Source: a virus (Duplodnaviria > Heunggongvirae > Uroviricota > Caudoviricetes). Taken from it: a stretch of DNA of 42,137 nucleotides. Below the pieces are notes generated by a model, which saw nothing but the letters and a program-made list of their open reading frames with translations, searched no databases and had not been told where the DNA came from. This document shows, piece after piece, positions 24,283 through 33,788 of this stretch. The stretch is taken from the IMG/VR virus record IMGVR_UViG_3300022468_000500; one strand, given 5' to 3'. Position numbers and translations under genes: made by a program. Every line of letters begins with the position of its first letter. Positions within the stretch are counted from its first letter, which is position 1.

Positions 24283-26072
24283 TACTCAATCCTAGATATA
24301 TTGTTTTCTTTTACAACAAATACCTTCTCTAGAAGCGCATGCTGGTAACCATGTGAAACAAGAACAGTATTCAACTCTTTTTCATTTAGTAGGATTTCTA
24401 CTAGCTTTTCTTTACCTTCAGCGTCTAAAGATTCAACCGTTTCGTCTAGGAACAGTAAATTGATTCTACTGTTAGATAACGACTGCATCAACGCACGAAT
24501 AGCTAATAACGTAGCCATATTAACTCTAGCGCGTTCACCACCGGATAGTGCTAGAATTTCAATATCTACACCATTATCTGTAATTACAACATTAAGCTTA
24601 TCACTAGAGCTAATCTGGAAGCTAATGTTGAAACGTCCATCAGATAAATCTGCAAGATAGTCATTTGTGAGATCCTCTAAATCCTTTACTAGGCCTTCAA
24701 TCTTATAGGCTACTAATCCTGTAGTACTGAAGGTTTTAACTAAAATTTGTAAAGTAGAAAGACGCTTTTCAGCTGCTTTAAGTTTTTCTGATTCAACTTC
24801 TAAAGTTTTGCGCATTTCATCACGCTGTGACAGAATAACATCAATTTTAGCATTAGCCGCGTAGATATTCTTATTCTGCTTTTCAATAGCAGATATATTT
24901 AATACTTCAGCGTCTAACTTTACTTGAAGCTTAGATAGCTGCTTTACCAAAGTATCTCTATCAAGTACTTCCGACCCTACACTAGCATCCACTAAAGCAT
25001 GGTACTTTTCCCACTCTTGTTGAGAGGTAACACTTGCTTGCCATAATTTTAGTGCTGCTTCGTAGTCGCTAATCTGTTTATTATAATTGATTAAGCTTTC
25101 TTCCGCAAGATCAATTGTTTCCTGCTTATCTTTGACCATAAACGCAATCTTTTCTTCATTGACTGCTTGTAGACAAGTAGGGCAATCGCCATGCACTTTT
25201 GAGAATTTAGCAATAAAAGCTTTGCGTTCAGTAATCGTATTAAGAGCTACAGCTTTGTCAGCACGTAACTTATTAATATCAGCAATTGGCTTTTCTGCTG
25301 TAGTTACTTTAATACCAGCAAGTATTTCTTTATATTTATTGTTCTGAATAATACGACGATTAATCTGCTCAATATCCGCAATCTGCTTCTCTAGTACCCC
25401 GATTTCTTTTTGTAAATCGTCTGGGTATGTTGGCACATCCAACATTTCTTTTTTAGTGAAGTCGTACGTTTTATACTGAGTGAGCCACTGTTCTGCGATA
25501 CTTATAGCCCCTTGAAGCCTTGACACACTGTCTCCGGCGTCTTTCGCTAAAGCCTTGAATAGTTCGCCTGCTTTCGTATATTTTTCTAAACTCAGAAGGT
25601 CGATCAAAAACTTTTTTCGCACAGAATCTGTAGCCGTTAGGAACTCCAGACTGGATGCGCTAGACTGATAAACAATCTGGCAAAATGCTTTATGATCCAT
25701 ACCTAAAATATCTTCGATTAATTTATAGGTATTTGTAGCCGTGTGAGCTGAGATATCTTCACCATTTTTATACAGCTTTATAGTTGCTGTAGCGCCACGA
25801 ACAGTATCAATGAAGTAAGCATCGTTATCTTTTGTGAATGCTAACTTAATCCAATACTTATTAACGTCTACATAGCGATTAATAATATTGGCTTTCTTAA
25901 TACCTTTAGAGTTCTTATTGTATAAACACTCTTCTAGAATTAAGGCGATGCTGGTTTTTCCGTGTCCGTTTTTAGCAACTAACTGTACTAGAGGGCATTC
26001 TGAAAAGTCGATACTATTATTATCGCCATAAGAGAATGCGTAACCCCATGAAAGTTTGCCTAATTTAATCAT
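24282..26072 (-). CDS. D13: SbcC/Rad50-like recombination ATPase (T5 D13)
   Basis: Walker A AKNGHGKTS, zinc hook CPTC, signature LSGGE and Walker B LFLDE. Confidence 0.93.
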   Translation of the reverse strand: MIKLGKLSWGYAFSYGDNNSIDFSECPLVQLVAKNGHGKTSIALILEECLYNKNSKGIKKANIINRYVDVNKYWIKLAFTKDNDAYFIDTVRGATATIKLYKNGEDISAHTATNTYKLIEDILGMDHKAFCQIVYQSSASSLEFLTATDSVRKKFLIDLLSLEKYTKAGELFKALAKDAGDSVSRLQGAISIAEQWLTQYKTYDFTKKEMLDVPTYPDDLQKEIGVLEKQIADIEQINRRIIQNNKYKEILAGIKVTTAEKPIADINKLRADKAVALNTITERKAFIAKFSKVHGDCPTCLQAVNEEKIAFMVKDKQETIDLAEESLINYNKQISDYEAALKLWQASVTSQQEWEKYHALVDASVGSEVLDRDTLVKQLSKLQVKLDAEVLNISAIEKQNKNIYAANAKIDVILSQRDEMRKTLEVESEKLKAAEKRLSTLQILVKTFSTTGLVAYKIEGLVKDLEDLTNDYLADLSDGRFNISFQISSSDKLNVVITDNGVDIEILALSGGERARVNMATLLAIRALMQSLSNSRINLLFLDETVESLDAEGKEKLVEILLNEKELNTVLVSHGYQHALLEKVFVVKENNISRIE

Positions 26073-26283
26073 TATCTAATTCTATCCTTACGCGAGTAAC
26101 TTTATACCCTTCGGCTATCATTTTTTCGTAATGTTCTGTTCCAAAATGCAAAACCATACGGGCTTCACATTCGCGTTTGCTATGACTAATGCCTAGTACA
26201 CAAATAGATTGAGACCCGTACGTATATGGGTCTCCTTCTTTAGCAAAGGCATAAGCCTGTGTTGCTGATTTCCATTTAGTCAT
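26065..26283 (-). CDS. Hypothetical protein (72 aa)
   Basis: Overlaps both neighbouring genes by a few nt within a tightly packed operon. Confidence 0.7.
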   Translation of the reverse strand: MTKWKSATQAYAFAKEGDPYTYGSQSICVLGISHSKRECEARMVLHFGTEHYEKMIAEGYKVTRVRIELDND

Positions 26284-26513
26284 GCTGCTAAAGTGGCCTT
26301 TAATTCTGGATAATTATATACTTCGTTCATAAATTCGATCATAGGTACAGAACGAACACCAGGAAACTTCGAAAAGTACTCTTCCTTAGTCAGGTCTTTG
26401 CCCACAGTCAGATATTTAACAGTATAGCCATTAGCTTCTAGTAGTTGAACTGCTGCTTTGCAGAACTGACAGTTAGGTTGTCCATAAACTACTGGGTTAA
26501 GTGTTTCATTCAT
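26280..26513 (-). CDS. Glutaredoxin-like protein
   Basis: YGQPNCQFC (CxxC) and RSVPMI cis-Pro motif, 77 aa. Confidence 0.9.
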   Translation of the reverse strand: MNETLNPVVYGQPNCQFCKAAVQLLEANGYTVKYLTVGKDLTKEEYFSKFPGVRSVPMIEFMNEVYNYPELKATLAA

Positions 26514-27462
26514 TTTCTAGTTTTCCTGCATGGTTGGCAAATTCTAACATGACGTCTTCAACGGCGTCTTCTTGTAGTTGAAGGATGAATTGTACATACT
26601 CTCTGACTTCGTCAGATAGAGTCATTTCTTTGCCTAGGATTAATGATATTTCTGTTTCTCTTGTGGAGATTTTAGTAGCAATAAGATCATTAGATTCTAA
26701 TGCTTGTAGTTCATCTAAAGTACCTTCTACTTCGTAGATAGTATGATGAAAATCTGTTGCGGGTGTAGGCTCACCGGCTTTAATGGTCTTACGAATAAGT
26801 TGAGGTAAATCAAACTTTAGCCATTTATGCTCTAAAGTACCTGTATCTAAAATAATTGCCCCGGTATCCACTTCATTACGATGGAAGCTGGTAGTCATTG
26901 GGCTACCGGGATACAGAATGTTCTCTTGACAGTTTTCATAACTGTGAAGATCGCCGGCTAGTACTACGTCCCAACGTTTAAAGATATCTAGGTTTACTTC
27001 TGGCTTCACGTGAGGTGGAATAGCACCACGTACATGCGTACAGAGAATTCTATTGTGAAAATCGATATCCTTAGGGTTATATTCTTTTAGCTTATTGTAA
27101 GGTAAAATATCAATTACGCCATCGGAATAGTAGTCATCAATAATTTCTACATTCCGATTAATTTTGTTCGTAACTGCCTTTAAATGTGTTAAGAAAGTAG
27201 TATCTTTCTTAAGTGCTTCGTGATTACCAGGGTAGATTAAGCACTTAGTAGGTATGCTAGCAACTAAATCAAAGTACAGCTCTAGCTCTTCAGTTTTAGG
27301 AATGGAATCGAAGACGTCCCCACCTATAACTATTAGATCAGCATTCGCTGACATATCTGTAAGCTGGTTAATAAATTCATAAAACCTATTTTTAGCCCAC
27401 GATACAGGAACGTTCTTTTGACCTAGCTTGATGTGAATATCTGCAGTGAATAAAATCTTCAT
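26506..27462 (-). CDS. D12: SbcD/Mre11-like metallophosphoesterase nuclease (T5 D12)
   Basis: Motifs ADIH, GGDVFD, GNHE, THVRG and GDLH. Confidence 0.93.
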   Translation of the reverse strand: MKILFTADIHIKLGQKNVPVSWAKNRFYEFINQLTDMSANADLIVIGGDVFDSIPKTEELELYFDLVASIPTKCLIYPGNHEALKKDTTFLTHLKAVTNKINRNVEIIDDYYSDGVIDILPYNKLKEYNPKDIDFHNRILCTHVRGAIPPHVKPEVNLDIFKRWDVVLAGDLHSYENCQENILYPGSPMTTSFHRNEVDTGAIILDTGTLEHKWLKFDLPQLIRKTIKAGEPTPATDFHHTIYEVEGTLDELQALESNDLIATKISTRETEISLILGKEMTLSDEVREYVQFILQLQEDAVEDVMLEFANHAGKLENE

Positions 27463-27719
27463 TACTTTTTACCTAGTGCTTGTCTATACCAGTATGTACG
27501 TTGATCATCAGATAGATTGTACCAATTATCCCATAGTTGAGCAAAACTGGTTAGACCTTTTACTTCGATGGTTACATCGGTCTCAATGTAACCTGTCATA
27601 CCTTCATGTGTATGACCAGGGCTACTAACCTTTATACTTGCAACACAAGAACTAAACCGTTCACCTTGCGCCATAATGTACAGTATGTGGCTATAACAGG
27701 TTTTATGTTGAATAATCAT
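27462..27719 (-). CDS. Hypothetical protein (85 aa)
   Basis: Its stop overlaps the D12 start (TAATG), and it fills the gap after the terminator. Confidence 0.65.
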   Translation of the reverse strand: MIIQHKTCYSHILYIMAQGERFSSCVASIKVSSPGHTHEGMTGYIETDVTIEVKGLTSFAQLWDNWYNLSDDQRTYWYRQALGKK

Positions 27720-27734
27720 TTTGTTTCAGAGGTG

Positions 27735-27771
27735 AAAAAAGCCCCTAAGACTTGCGGGACTTAGGGGCTTT
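27735..27771 (-). terminator. Terminator after D11
   Basis: On the - strand: GCCCCTAAG...GCAA...CTTAGGGGC followed by TTTTTT. Confidence 0.8.
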
Positions 27772-27777
27772 ATTTAA

Positions 27778-28413
27778 TTACAGGTCAGCTGCGGCTTCTG
27801 CCTCTGCTGCATCCTGAGCTTCATCAGAATTACCGTTCTTGATCTTGTTTAGAAGTGCAAGTACTTCGTCAGGAGTAGGACGTGGGTACTTGGCGTCGAT
27901 AGTTTGCATTTCAGCAACTAGAGCCTTTTCTTCGTCCGTTAATGCTGACTTCTTGCAACGTAGTACTTGTAGTGTGTACTCTACGTTAAAAGCTAGAGGG
28001 CCGGTCTTAACACGCTTGAAGTTGATAGCCCAGCCAGTTTCAGGATCGGTTGGATCGCCTAGGTCTTCAGCGGCCGTCATGATTTGTTCGAATAGCTTCT
28101 TCTTTAGGTTAATAACCTTAATGCGACCATCCTTAGGGTCGATACAGTTAATAACGTAACTCCATTGGCAACGTAGGTCAGGGTAAAAAGAATTAACGTG
28201 ATCTACTTCAAGGTTATTGAACTTTTCTTGTTCACGATCAAACGCTAAGCATTCAACAGGAATATCCTTGTTATTAGTGCCTTTTAGCCAGTAAACGTAA
28301 CGAGGTAGTACACCACCCACTAGACGGACGATGTTTTCACCATCTTTGTATTCGTACGCTTCGACCTTCTTTGATTGTGCCTTGCCTTTGGTTGAGCTGA
28401 ATGCGATTGCCAT
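27778..28413 (-). CDS. D11: T5 D11-like single-stranded DNA-binding protein
   Basis: RLVGGVLPRYVYW, LKKKLFEQI and GDPTDPETGW, with an acidic C-terminal tail and T5 synteny. Confidence 0.88.
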   Translation of the reverse strand: MAIAFSSTKGKAQSKKVEAYEYKDGENIVRLVGGVLPRYVYWLKGTNNKDIPVECLAFDREQEKFNNLEVDHVNSFYPDLRCQWSYVINCIDPKDGRIKVINLKKKLFEQIMTAAEDLGDPTDPETGWAINFKRVKTGPLAFNVEYTLQVLRCKKSALTDEEKALVAEMQTIDAKYPRPTPDEVLALLNKIKNGNSDEAQDAAEAEAAADL

Positions 28414-28793
28414 ATTTTTTCTTCCTCGTATTTGAAAATAATTTCAGTTTGTGTTATTTGTAATAACGGATTGTGTTTTATGTTATCTAAGATAAGATCG
28501 GGGAAAAATGATCTATCTAAGCTTTTAGTCCCGGTAAACGCATAGTCAGCATAATTTCTTTTTGCTGCTAACCTAATGTACTGTACTTTATGAACGATAC
28601 TAACTGATTTATCTAATAGTAGAGGTATCGGATTAAGTAAGTAGCTATCGCCACTTAAATTCAAAGCTAGGTCACGAACAGTCTTGCTCTTACCTGTTGT
28701 AGTTTTATTGAGATGTACCTCAAAAAGTTCCATGAAAAGATATGGTTTACATTCTGATAGTTCCTCTAATTTTACTATGTTGAAAAAGATCAT
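28320..28793 (-). CDS. Conserved T5-like hypothetical protein between D10 and D11
   Basis: Own promoter and SD GGAG, plus a RNYADY motif. The C-terminal ~30 codons overlap D11. Confidence 0.75.
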   Translation of the reverse strand: MIFFNIVKLEELSECKPYLFMELFEVHLNKTTTGKSKTVRDLALNLSGDSYLLNPIPLLLDKSVSIVHKVQYIRLAAKRNYADYAFTGTKSLDRSFFPDLILDNIKHNPLLQITQTEIIFKYEEEKIWQSHSAQPKARHNQRRSKRTNTKMVKTSSV

Positions 28794-28814
28794 TAAATCT
28801 CCAAATCAGCATAT

Positions 28815-28843
28815 ATTATATCATTTTGACAAGTATTTGGCAA
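28815..28843 (-). promoter_or_regulatory. Sigma70-type promoter
   Basis: TTGCCA-17 nt-TATAAT with extended -10 TG. Confidence 0.8.
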
Positions 28844-28853
28844 GTCAAAATTT

Positions 28854-30155
28854 TCAAAGGCCCTCAACTTCCCAGCCCTTACTGATATAAAAGCCTAGCC
28901 TAGCTTTATTCTGCGTTCTGTCGGCGAAACCGGCAAATTGTAGATCAAGAATACACGGCTGTAACAGCTTATCTGGGTGCATACGCATAATACGCCCGGC
29001 TAATTGTTCTAGTAAACTTCCATCGCCCGCCATAGGTTCTGCTAGAATTAAGCAGCTAAGGATGTTAATAGAAATGCCTTCTGAGAAGATTTGCCTACTA
29101 CCTGCGATTGCGTCGATTTGGCCTTTGTCGATTGCGTTTGAGTAGAACTCTCGCTCTTCGAGGAGGGTTTCGCCAGTAATGCACACACAGTTTTCACCTA
29201 GTAACTCCTTGATATTTTTTAAGAACTCAATTCTACTTGCAACTATTAAAACTTTGTGACCTTTTAGAATCTGTACTTTAGCTAATGCTGCAACAAATCT
29301 TTGGTAATCTGGATCATATAGAAGGTTGTTAATCTTCTTAGCCCATATTTCACCAGGTGTAAGGGTAACACCCGTTTTTATTAACTTTACAATTGGTTCT
29401 TTAGTATCACTGGCTGGAGGCCTGTGTACTGTTTCTCCGAACCAATCACTGAAAAGAATATGCTTACCATCTTTTCTTAATAAAGTACCACTAAGGCCAA
29501 TTTTGAACCTAGCGTAGCTAGATTCTAAAATTGAAGTGAATGTACTAGCACTAATATGATGACACTCGTCAATAATGATAGTACCGAATTCCTTTGCTAG
29601 TTTTTCGGTCATTTTGGTAATACTTTGAACATTACCTACCACGATTGCGTGATCTTCAATGTCGAATACACCACTACCAATTTTACCTACTTTCATGCCG
29701 TATAGATTTTCAGCTTCGGTTATCCACTGATCTCTTAGCATGGTAGTATGCGTAACTACCAGAGTTTTCTGCCCTAGCTTTCTAGCTATATGTAAAGCTG
29801 TTCTGGTCTTACCCCAGCCAGGCAATGCATTAATAATACACGAATCATCGACAGCGTTAAATACAGGTATCTGCGCTTCGCGTAATCCACTCCTAGGATT
29901 AGGAAATGGCACCGGCATATTTACTCGTTTGTCGATAATTTCATAACCATCAGGAATAAGATCAGCTCTACCAATAGGTATAGAAATAATATCTCTAGGC
30001 AATAATTTATACTGCTTAACTGTCTCTATCGGGGCAGGTCTACCTTTACTAGCGGCCTTGCTTTTGATCTTATAAGTTAATTCCTTAACTATCGCATCAA
30101 AACCTTCTGGTGGTTTATTTAAGTAAATTCTATTAGATATTACTGCTTTAGGCAT
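28854..30155 (-). CDS. D10: SF2 (UvsW-like) helicase (T5 D10)
   Basis: Walker A PGWGKT, DECHH, GLSGT, FSEGI and QLAGRIMR. Confidence 0.92.
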   Translation of the reverse strand: MPKAVISNRIYLNKPPEGFDAIVKELTYKIKSKAASKGRPAPIETVKQYKLLPRDIISIPIGRADLIPDGYEIIDKRVNMPVPFPNPRSGLREAQIPVFNAVDDSCIINALPGWGKTRTALHIARKLGQKTLVVTHTTMLRDQWITEAENLYGMKVGKIGSGVFDIEDHAIVVGNVQSITKMTEKLAKEFGTIIIDECHHISASTFTSILESSYARFKIGLSGTLLRKDGKHILFSDWFGETVHRPPASDTKEPIVKLIKTGVTLTPGEIWAKKINNLLYDPDYQRFVAALAKVQILKGHKVLIVASRIEFLKNIKELLGENCVCITGETLLEEREFYSNAIDKGQIDAIAGSRQIFSEGISINILSCLILAEPMAGDGSLLEQLAGRIMRMHPDKLLQPCILDLQFAGFADRTQNKARLGFYISKGWEVEGL

Positions 30156-30680
30156 TTATATTTTTCGAATCGTATTGTCATATTGTTGATCGTACACTCC
30201 ATATAGTATATACTTCTTTCCTAGCTTTAATACACCTGCCCATGTTTCGGAGTCGTTTGGCGCATAAAGAGTTTTAAAACGTGAAGGTATTCCTTCTACT
30301 TCTAGAATAGCTCCACCACTAGTAATAGGTAAAACCTTGGTTATACGTTTAAATATTAATTTGGCAAACTGTTGTTTCTTATATTGAAAATACCTACCAG
30401 AGTTATCAATGAACCATGACCCTGCATTAGCAAACTTTATTAGGTCTCCTAAAAAGAATACTGCGTGTTTAATATTAAACAGTCTAGCACCGTTTTTAAA
30501 TAGTACTAGACGTCTTTCTGCTAAGGTGGGTTTGTCAATGTTTCTATCGTCGATGATGTGGAAAGTGTGAAACATCTTTCCATCATCATCGTAACTCATT
30601 GCCTCGTAATATAATACATTACCAGACATAGTAGGAACTTCATCATCCCGCAGCTTGAATACGGGATAACTTATATCCAT
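30156..30680 (-). CDS. Conserved T5-like hypothetical protein between pol and D10
   Basis: T5 synteny. The start is uncertain (ATG 30680 or 30710), and both options overlap the pol 3' end. Confidence 0.7.
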   Translation of the reverse strand: MDISYPVFKLRDDEVPTMSGNVLYYEAMSYDDDGKMFHTFHIIDDRNIDKPTLAERRLVLFKNGARLFNIKHAVFFLGDLIKFANAGSWFIDNSGRYFQYKKQQFAKLIFKRITKVLPITSGGAILEVEGIPSRFKTLYAPNDSETWAGVLKLGKKYILYGVYDQQYDNTIRKI

Positions 30681-32940
30681 CAGTGCTATAGACTTCTTCG
30701 AAGTGTCCAAAGCTATAGTCCTTTCCTACATCTTGATCTACTCCAATCGGCTTACCTGGAATAGAACAACCGCGATCCTTTTGCGTATTACGGCGAAGGA
30801 TTTCGCAGTATTTATCTACGTGTTCGTCTTTGACAATAGCTACAATAGAGTCATGAACTAACATGAAGATTTTGGCATCGAGTCCTAGTGCTTTGATTTC
30901 CTCGGCCGTATCCATTGCACCGAATAGATTCATGTCCGAACAAACAGACTGAATAAGCGAATTGATTCCTGAGCGTACTTCGTGCGCAGCAATACCTTTG
31001 TCGGGAGAGAATACGTTTACTAGACGACGCTTACGTCCAAAGAAAGAATAGACATAACCCTGTGTACGAATAATATCCTCTTGCTCCTTTAACCAAGCCT
31101 TAAGTCTGTGGAACTTGGTGAAGTACGCTTTAATATCTTCACGAGCTTGTTCAATTGGGTAGTACTCACCAGTAGCTTTTGTAACGGACTCTGAAACCTT
31201 TGCTGGTCCAGAACCATAAAGAATACCGAAAGTAATAGCTTTAGCACTCTGACGCATACCAGGATATAACTTCTTCACATCTGCTACATCACAAGGTAAA
31301 TTAAATACCATGTGTGCAATAGTGCTATGGAAGTCACCGCCTGTTAAGAATACAGATTGCAATGCTTTATCGCCACTAAGAACAGCAGCGTAGTAAACTT
31401 CACCAGTACCTAAGTCTTGAGAGACTATTGAGTAACCTTCTGGTGCTTGAATACAACCTTTAATGATTGGGTCATCTCGAACGATCTGCTGAGCATTAAA
31501 TTTGCCTGAGCTTGAAAGACGACCGCTAGTTGTAAAAATGAGATTAAAGTTTGTTCTAATTCTGCCATCATTATCTAGCTCCGGTAAAATCTTAGTAACA
31601 TATGTACTGCGCATTTTACTTAGTTGTCTAACGCGTAGTAAGCTTTTTGGCAGATCATGCTGGTCACTAAGTTCCTTAAGAACTTCTGCATCAGTAGAAA
31701 TAGCACCAGTACCAGTAAGTTTACCAGTAGGTTCTAACCCAACATAATCAAATAGCAGCTTACGTAGCTGCATAACGGAGCCTGGATTAAAGATTTTACC
31801 TTCGTCATGTTCAAATTGATGAACTTCCTTAAAAGTATAAATCTTTTTCTTAGCTTCTTCAATAGCCTCTTCTAGATATACATCAGCAGCAGCCATTCTA
31901 GACTTAGAAATAGGGATACCTACTTCTTCCATGTCCATTAGGAATAGTGTACCTTTAATTAAGATATCACGATATACCTTCATTAGACGAGGATTACTGT
32001 TAAGTACTGGTAAGAACTTATTATATAGTACACGGGTTACCGCTGTATCAATAGCGGCATACTTACTGATAATGTCGTACGGAATTAAATCGTAGGTGAA
32101 CTCTTCCTGCAGAATACCATGTGTAGCACAATACTTCTTCTTGAAATCGTCTAGTTCTGAATCGTAATCTCCGAAGTCAGTATACTTAAGCGCCAGAACT
32201 TTTAGACCATGAGGATTTACTTCGTCCAGCACATAGTGCATGCACATAGTATCCTCGACCCTATCTCGTCTAAACCGGATACCAAAATGATACTCGATCA
32301 TCTTAATATCGAACTTCATATTGTGAAACACTGCAATGAACTTATCTGCAATTTGTTGCAGTTTAGCTTCTACTCTTGGAGTGATTGCATCACAAGTAAT
32401 ATAACGTCCGTGGTTATCTTTATGCGATAAAGAAATACCTAACACATAACCATCTCGAACGTATAAAGCTGTAGTTTCCGTGTCCCACTGTACATGCCCT
32501 ACAGCTTCATCTAGAACTAAATCTAAATAAGCTAAAGCATCATCTTCATTATCAATGCCTGCAAAGTCGCCAGTCAGTGCCGCGTTGTTACGCGTACCTT
32601 CCACGTACTCATGAATCTTTTTAACAGCCTTTTCAAAGTCTACTTTGCCTTCTGGTTTGAAAATAAAGATAGAAGGATTGCTGATACATACGAACTTTTC
32701 ATCTACTAGAATACCTGCCATGTTAGTTACTGATGTAACTTTAGCGTACTCTTTTGCTGCCTCTGACCCTACTAAAATAACCAGATCATACAAGTCTGGT
32801 TCAAAATCTAAATCAACGTCTTTCTTTAGTAATTTTGTAATTGGCACTGAGCTCATATGAAAAAGCTCAAACGGAAAATTAAAGTAGTTTTCATACTTAT
32901 TTCTGCTAGGAGCTTTATCAATAATAGCGATTCTCTTCAT
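30643..32940 (-). CDS. pol: Family A DNA polymerase (T5-type)
   Basis: 3'-5' exonuclease motifs (WDTET, FHNMKFD, YAAID), TSGRLSS, motif A QDLGTGE, motif B RQSAKAITFGILYG and motif C VHDS. Confidence 0.97.
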   Translation of the reverse strand: MKRIAIIDKAPSRNKYENYFNFPFELFHMSSVPITKLLKKDVDLDFEPDLYDLVILVGSEAAKEYAKVTSVTNMAGILVDEKFVCISNPSIFIFKPEGKVDFEKAVKKIHEYVEGTRNNAALTGDFAGIDNEDDALAYLDLVLDEAVGHVQWDTETTALYVRDGYVLGISLSHKDNHGRYITCDAITPRVEAKLQQIADKFIAVFHNMKFDIKMIEYHFGIRFRRDRVEDTMCMHYVLDEVNPHGLKVLALKYTDFGDYDSELDDFKKKYCATHGILQEEFTYDLIPYDIISKYAAIDTAVTRVLYNKFLPVLNSNPRLMKVYRDILIKGTLFLMDMEEVGIPISKSRMAAADVYLEEAIEEAKKKIYTFKEVHQFEHDEGKIFNPGSVMQLRKLLFDYVGLEPTGKLTGTGAISTDAEVLKELSDQHDLPKSLLRVRQLSKMRSTYVTKILPELDNDGRIRTNFNLIFTTSGRLSSSGKFNAQQIVRDDPIIKGCIQAPEGYSIVSQDLGTGEVYYAAVLSGDKALQSVFLTGGDFHSTIAHMVFNLPCDVADVKKLYPGMRQSAKAITFGILYGSGPAKVSESVTKATGEYYPIEQAREDIKAYFTKFHRLKAWLKEQEDIIRTQGYVYSFFGRKRRLVNVFSPDKGIAAHEVRSGINSLIQSVCSDMNLFGAMDTAEEIKALGLDAKIFMLVHDSIVAIVKDEHVDKYCEILRRNTQKDRGCSIPGKPIGVDQDVGKDYSFGHFEEVYSTDGYKLSRIQAAG

Positions 32941-33788
32941 TGTTGCATTTCTTTCTTTAATCTATCAATCTCCAACGAGGTTAACGCGCCTGGGTCCTCG
33001 CCATCATTTAGATCTAGTATTTTAACAGCTAGATTATGTTCTGCAATTAGTGGAGCTAATTCTTTTGCTGCGTTACGTCCAGCAGTGTCTCCATCAAATA
33101 AAATATAAACTTTTGTAACACCTTGAGCTTTAAAAGGCAGTAGCTTTTGACCAATATCAGACTTCAATGTATTAGTACCAAAACAACACACTACATTACG
33201 AATACCTTTATCGTATAGATTTAACATATCAAATATGCCTTCTACAAGAATAATACTATCATTTAACTCTGCTAGCTTAGGAGGAAACACGCCCATTTTT
33301 ACACCAGCAGGTTTATTGATATACCTAGGGTACGCATCAGATAGTGTATGTCTACCTACTAAAGCAATTACTCTGTCTCTTACATCTGTAACAGGTATAA
33401 TCATTCTATCCATAAACTCTTCATCTAAGGTAGAATAGCAAATACCAAAATGCTTGAAAGTAGAACCTTTAATACCACGGAAGTTCTGATTAAAAGGCTT
33501 GGAGCCTACAGGTAGCTCCACATCTTTATGAACCATGCTGATTAAACGAAGCTTCTCTTTTAACTTCGCTGATTTAACGGAGCTTGGTACGGTTAAGATT
33601 CCGTAGTACTTAAAGATATTAGTTTTAAATCCACAGCTAAAGCAGTGGGATGCACCGCTTAGCTGGTCTACTCTAAAAGAAGGGTTACTATCTTGATGTT
33701 CTGGGTTCAAACACTTAATTAAGTAATCACGGCCAGACACTTGTGGGTACTGGCCGTTTTTTACTAACAAATCATAAATTGGATTCAT
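32937..33788 (-). CDS. DNA primase (zinc-binding + TOPRIM)
   Basis: CLNPEHQD...CFSCG zinc motif, LVEGIFD and FDGDTAG. Confidence 0.93.
   Translation of the reverse strand: MNPIYDLLVKNGQYPQVSGRDYLIKCLNPEHQDSNPSFRVDQLSGASHCFSCGFKTNIFKYYGILTVPSSVKSAKLKEKLRLISMVHKDVELPVGSKPFNQNFRGIKGSTFKHFGICYSTLDEEFMDRMIIPVTDVRDRVIALVGRHTLSDAYPRYINKPAGVKMGVFPPKLAELNDSIILVEGIFDMLNLYDKGIRNVVCCFGTNTLKSDIGQKLLPFKAQGVTKVYILFDGDTAGRNAAKELAPLIAEHNLAVKILDLNDGEDPGALTSLEIDRLKKEMQQ

Noticed and set aside
32610-32940. Extra N-terminal domain on PolA
   Set aside because: T5-type polymerases carry an N-terminal extension before the exonuclease domain, so it is expected for this family.
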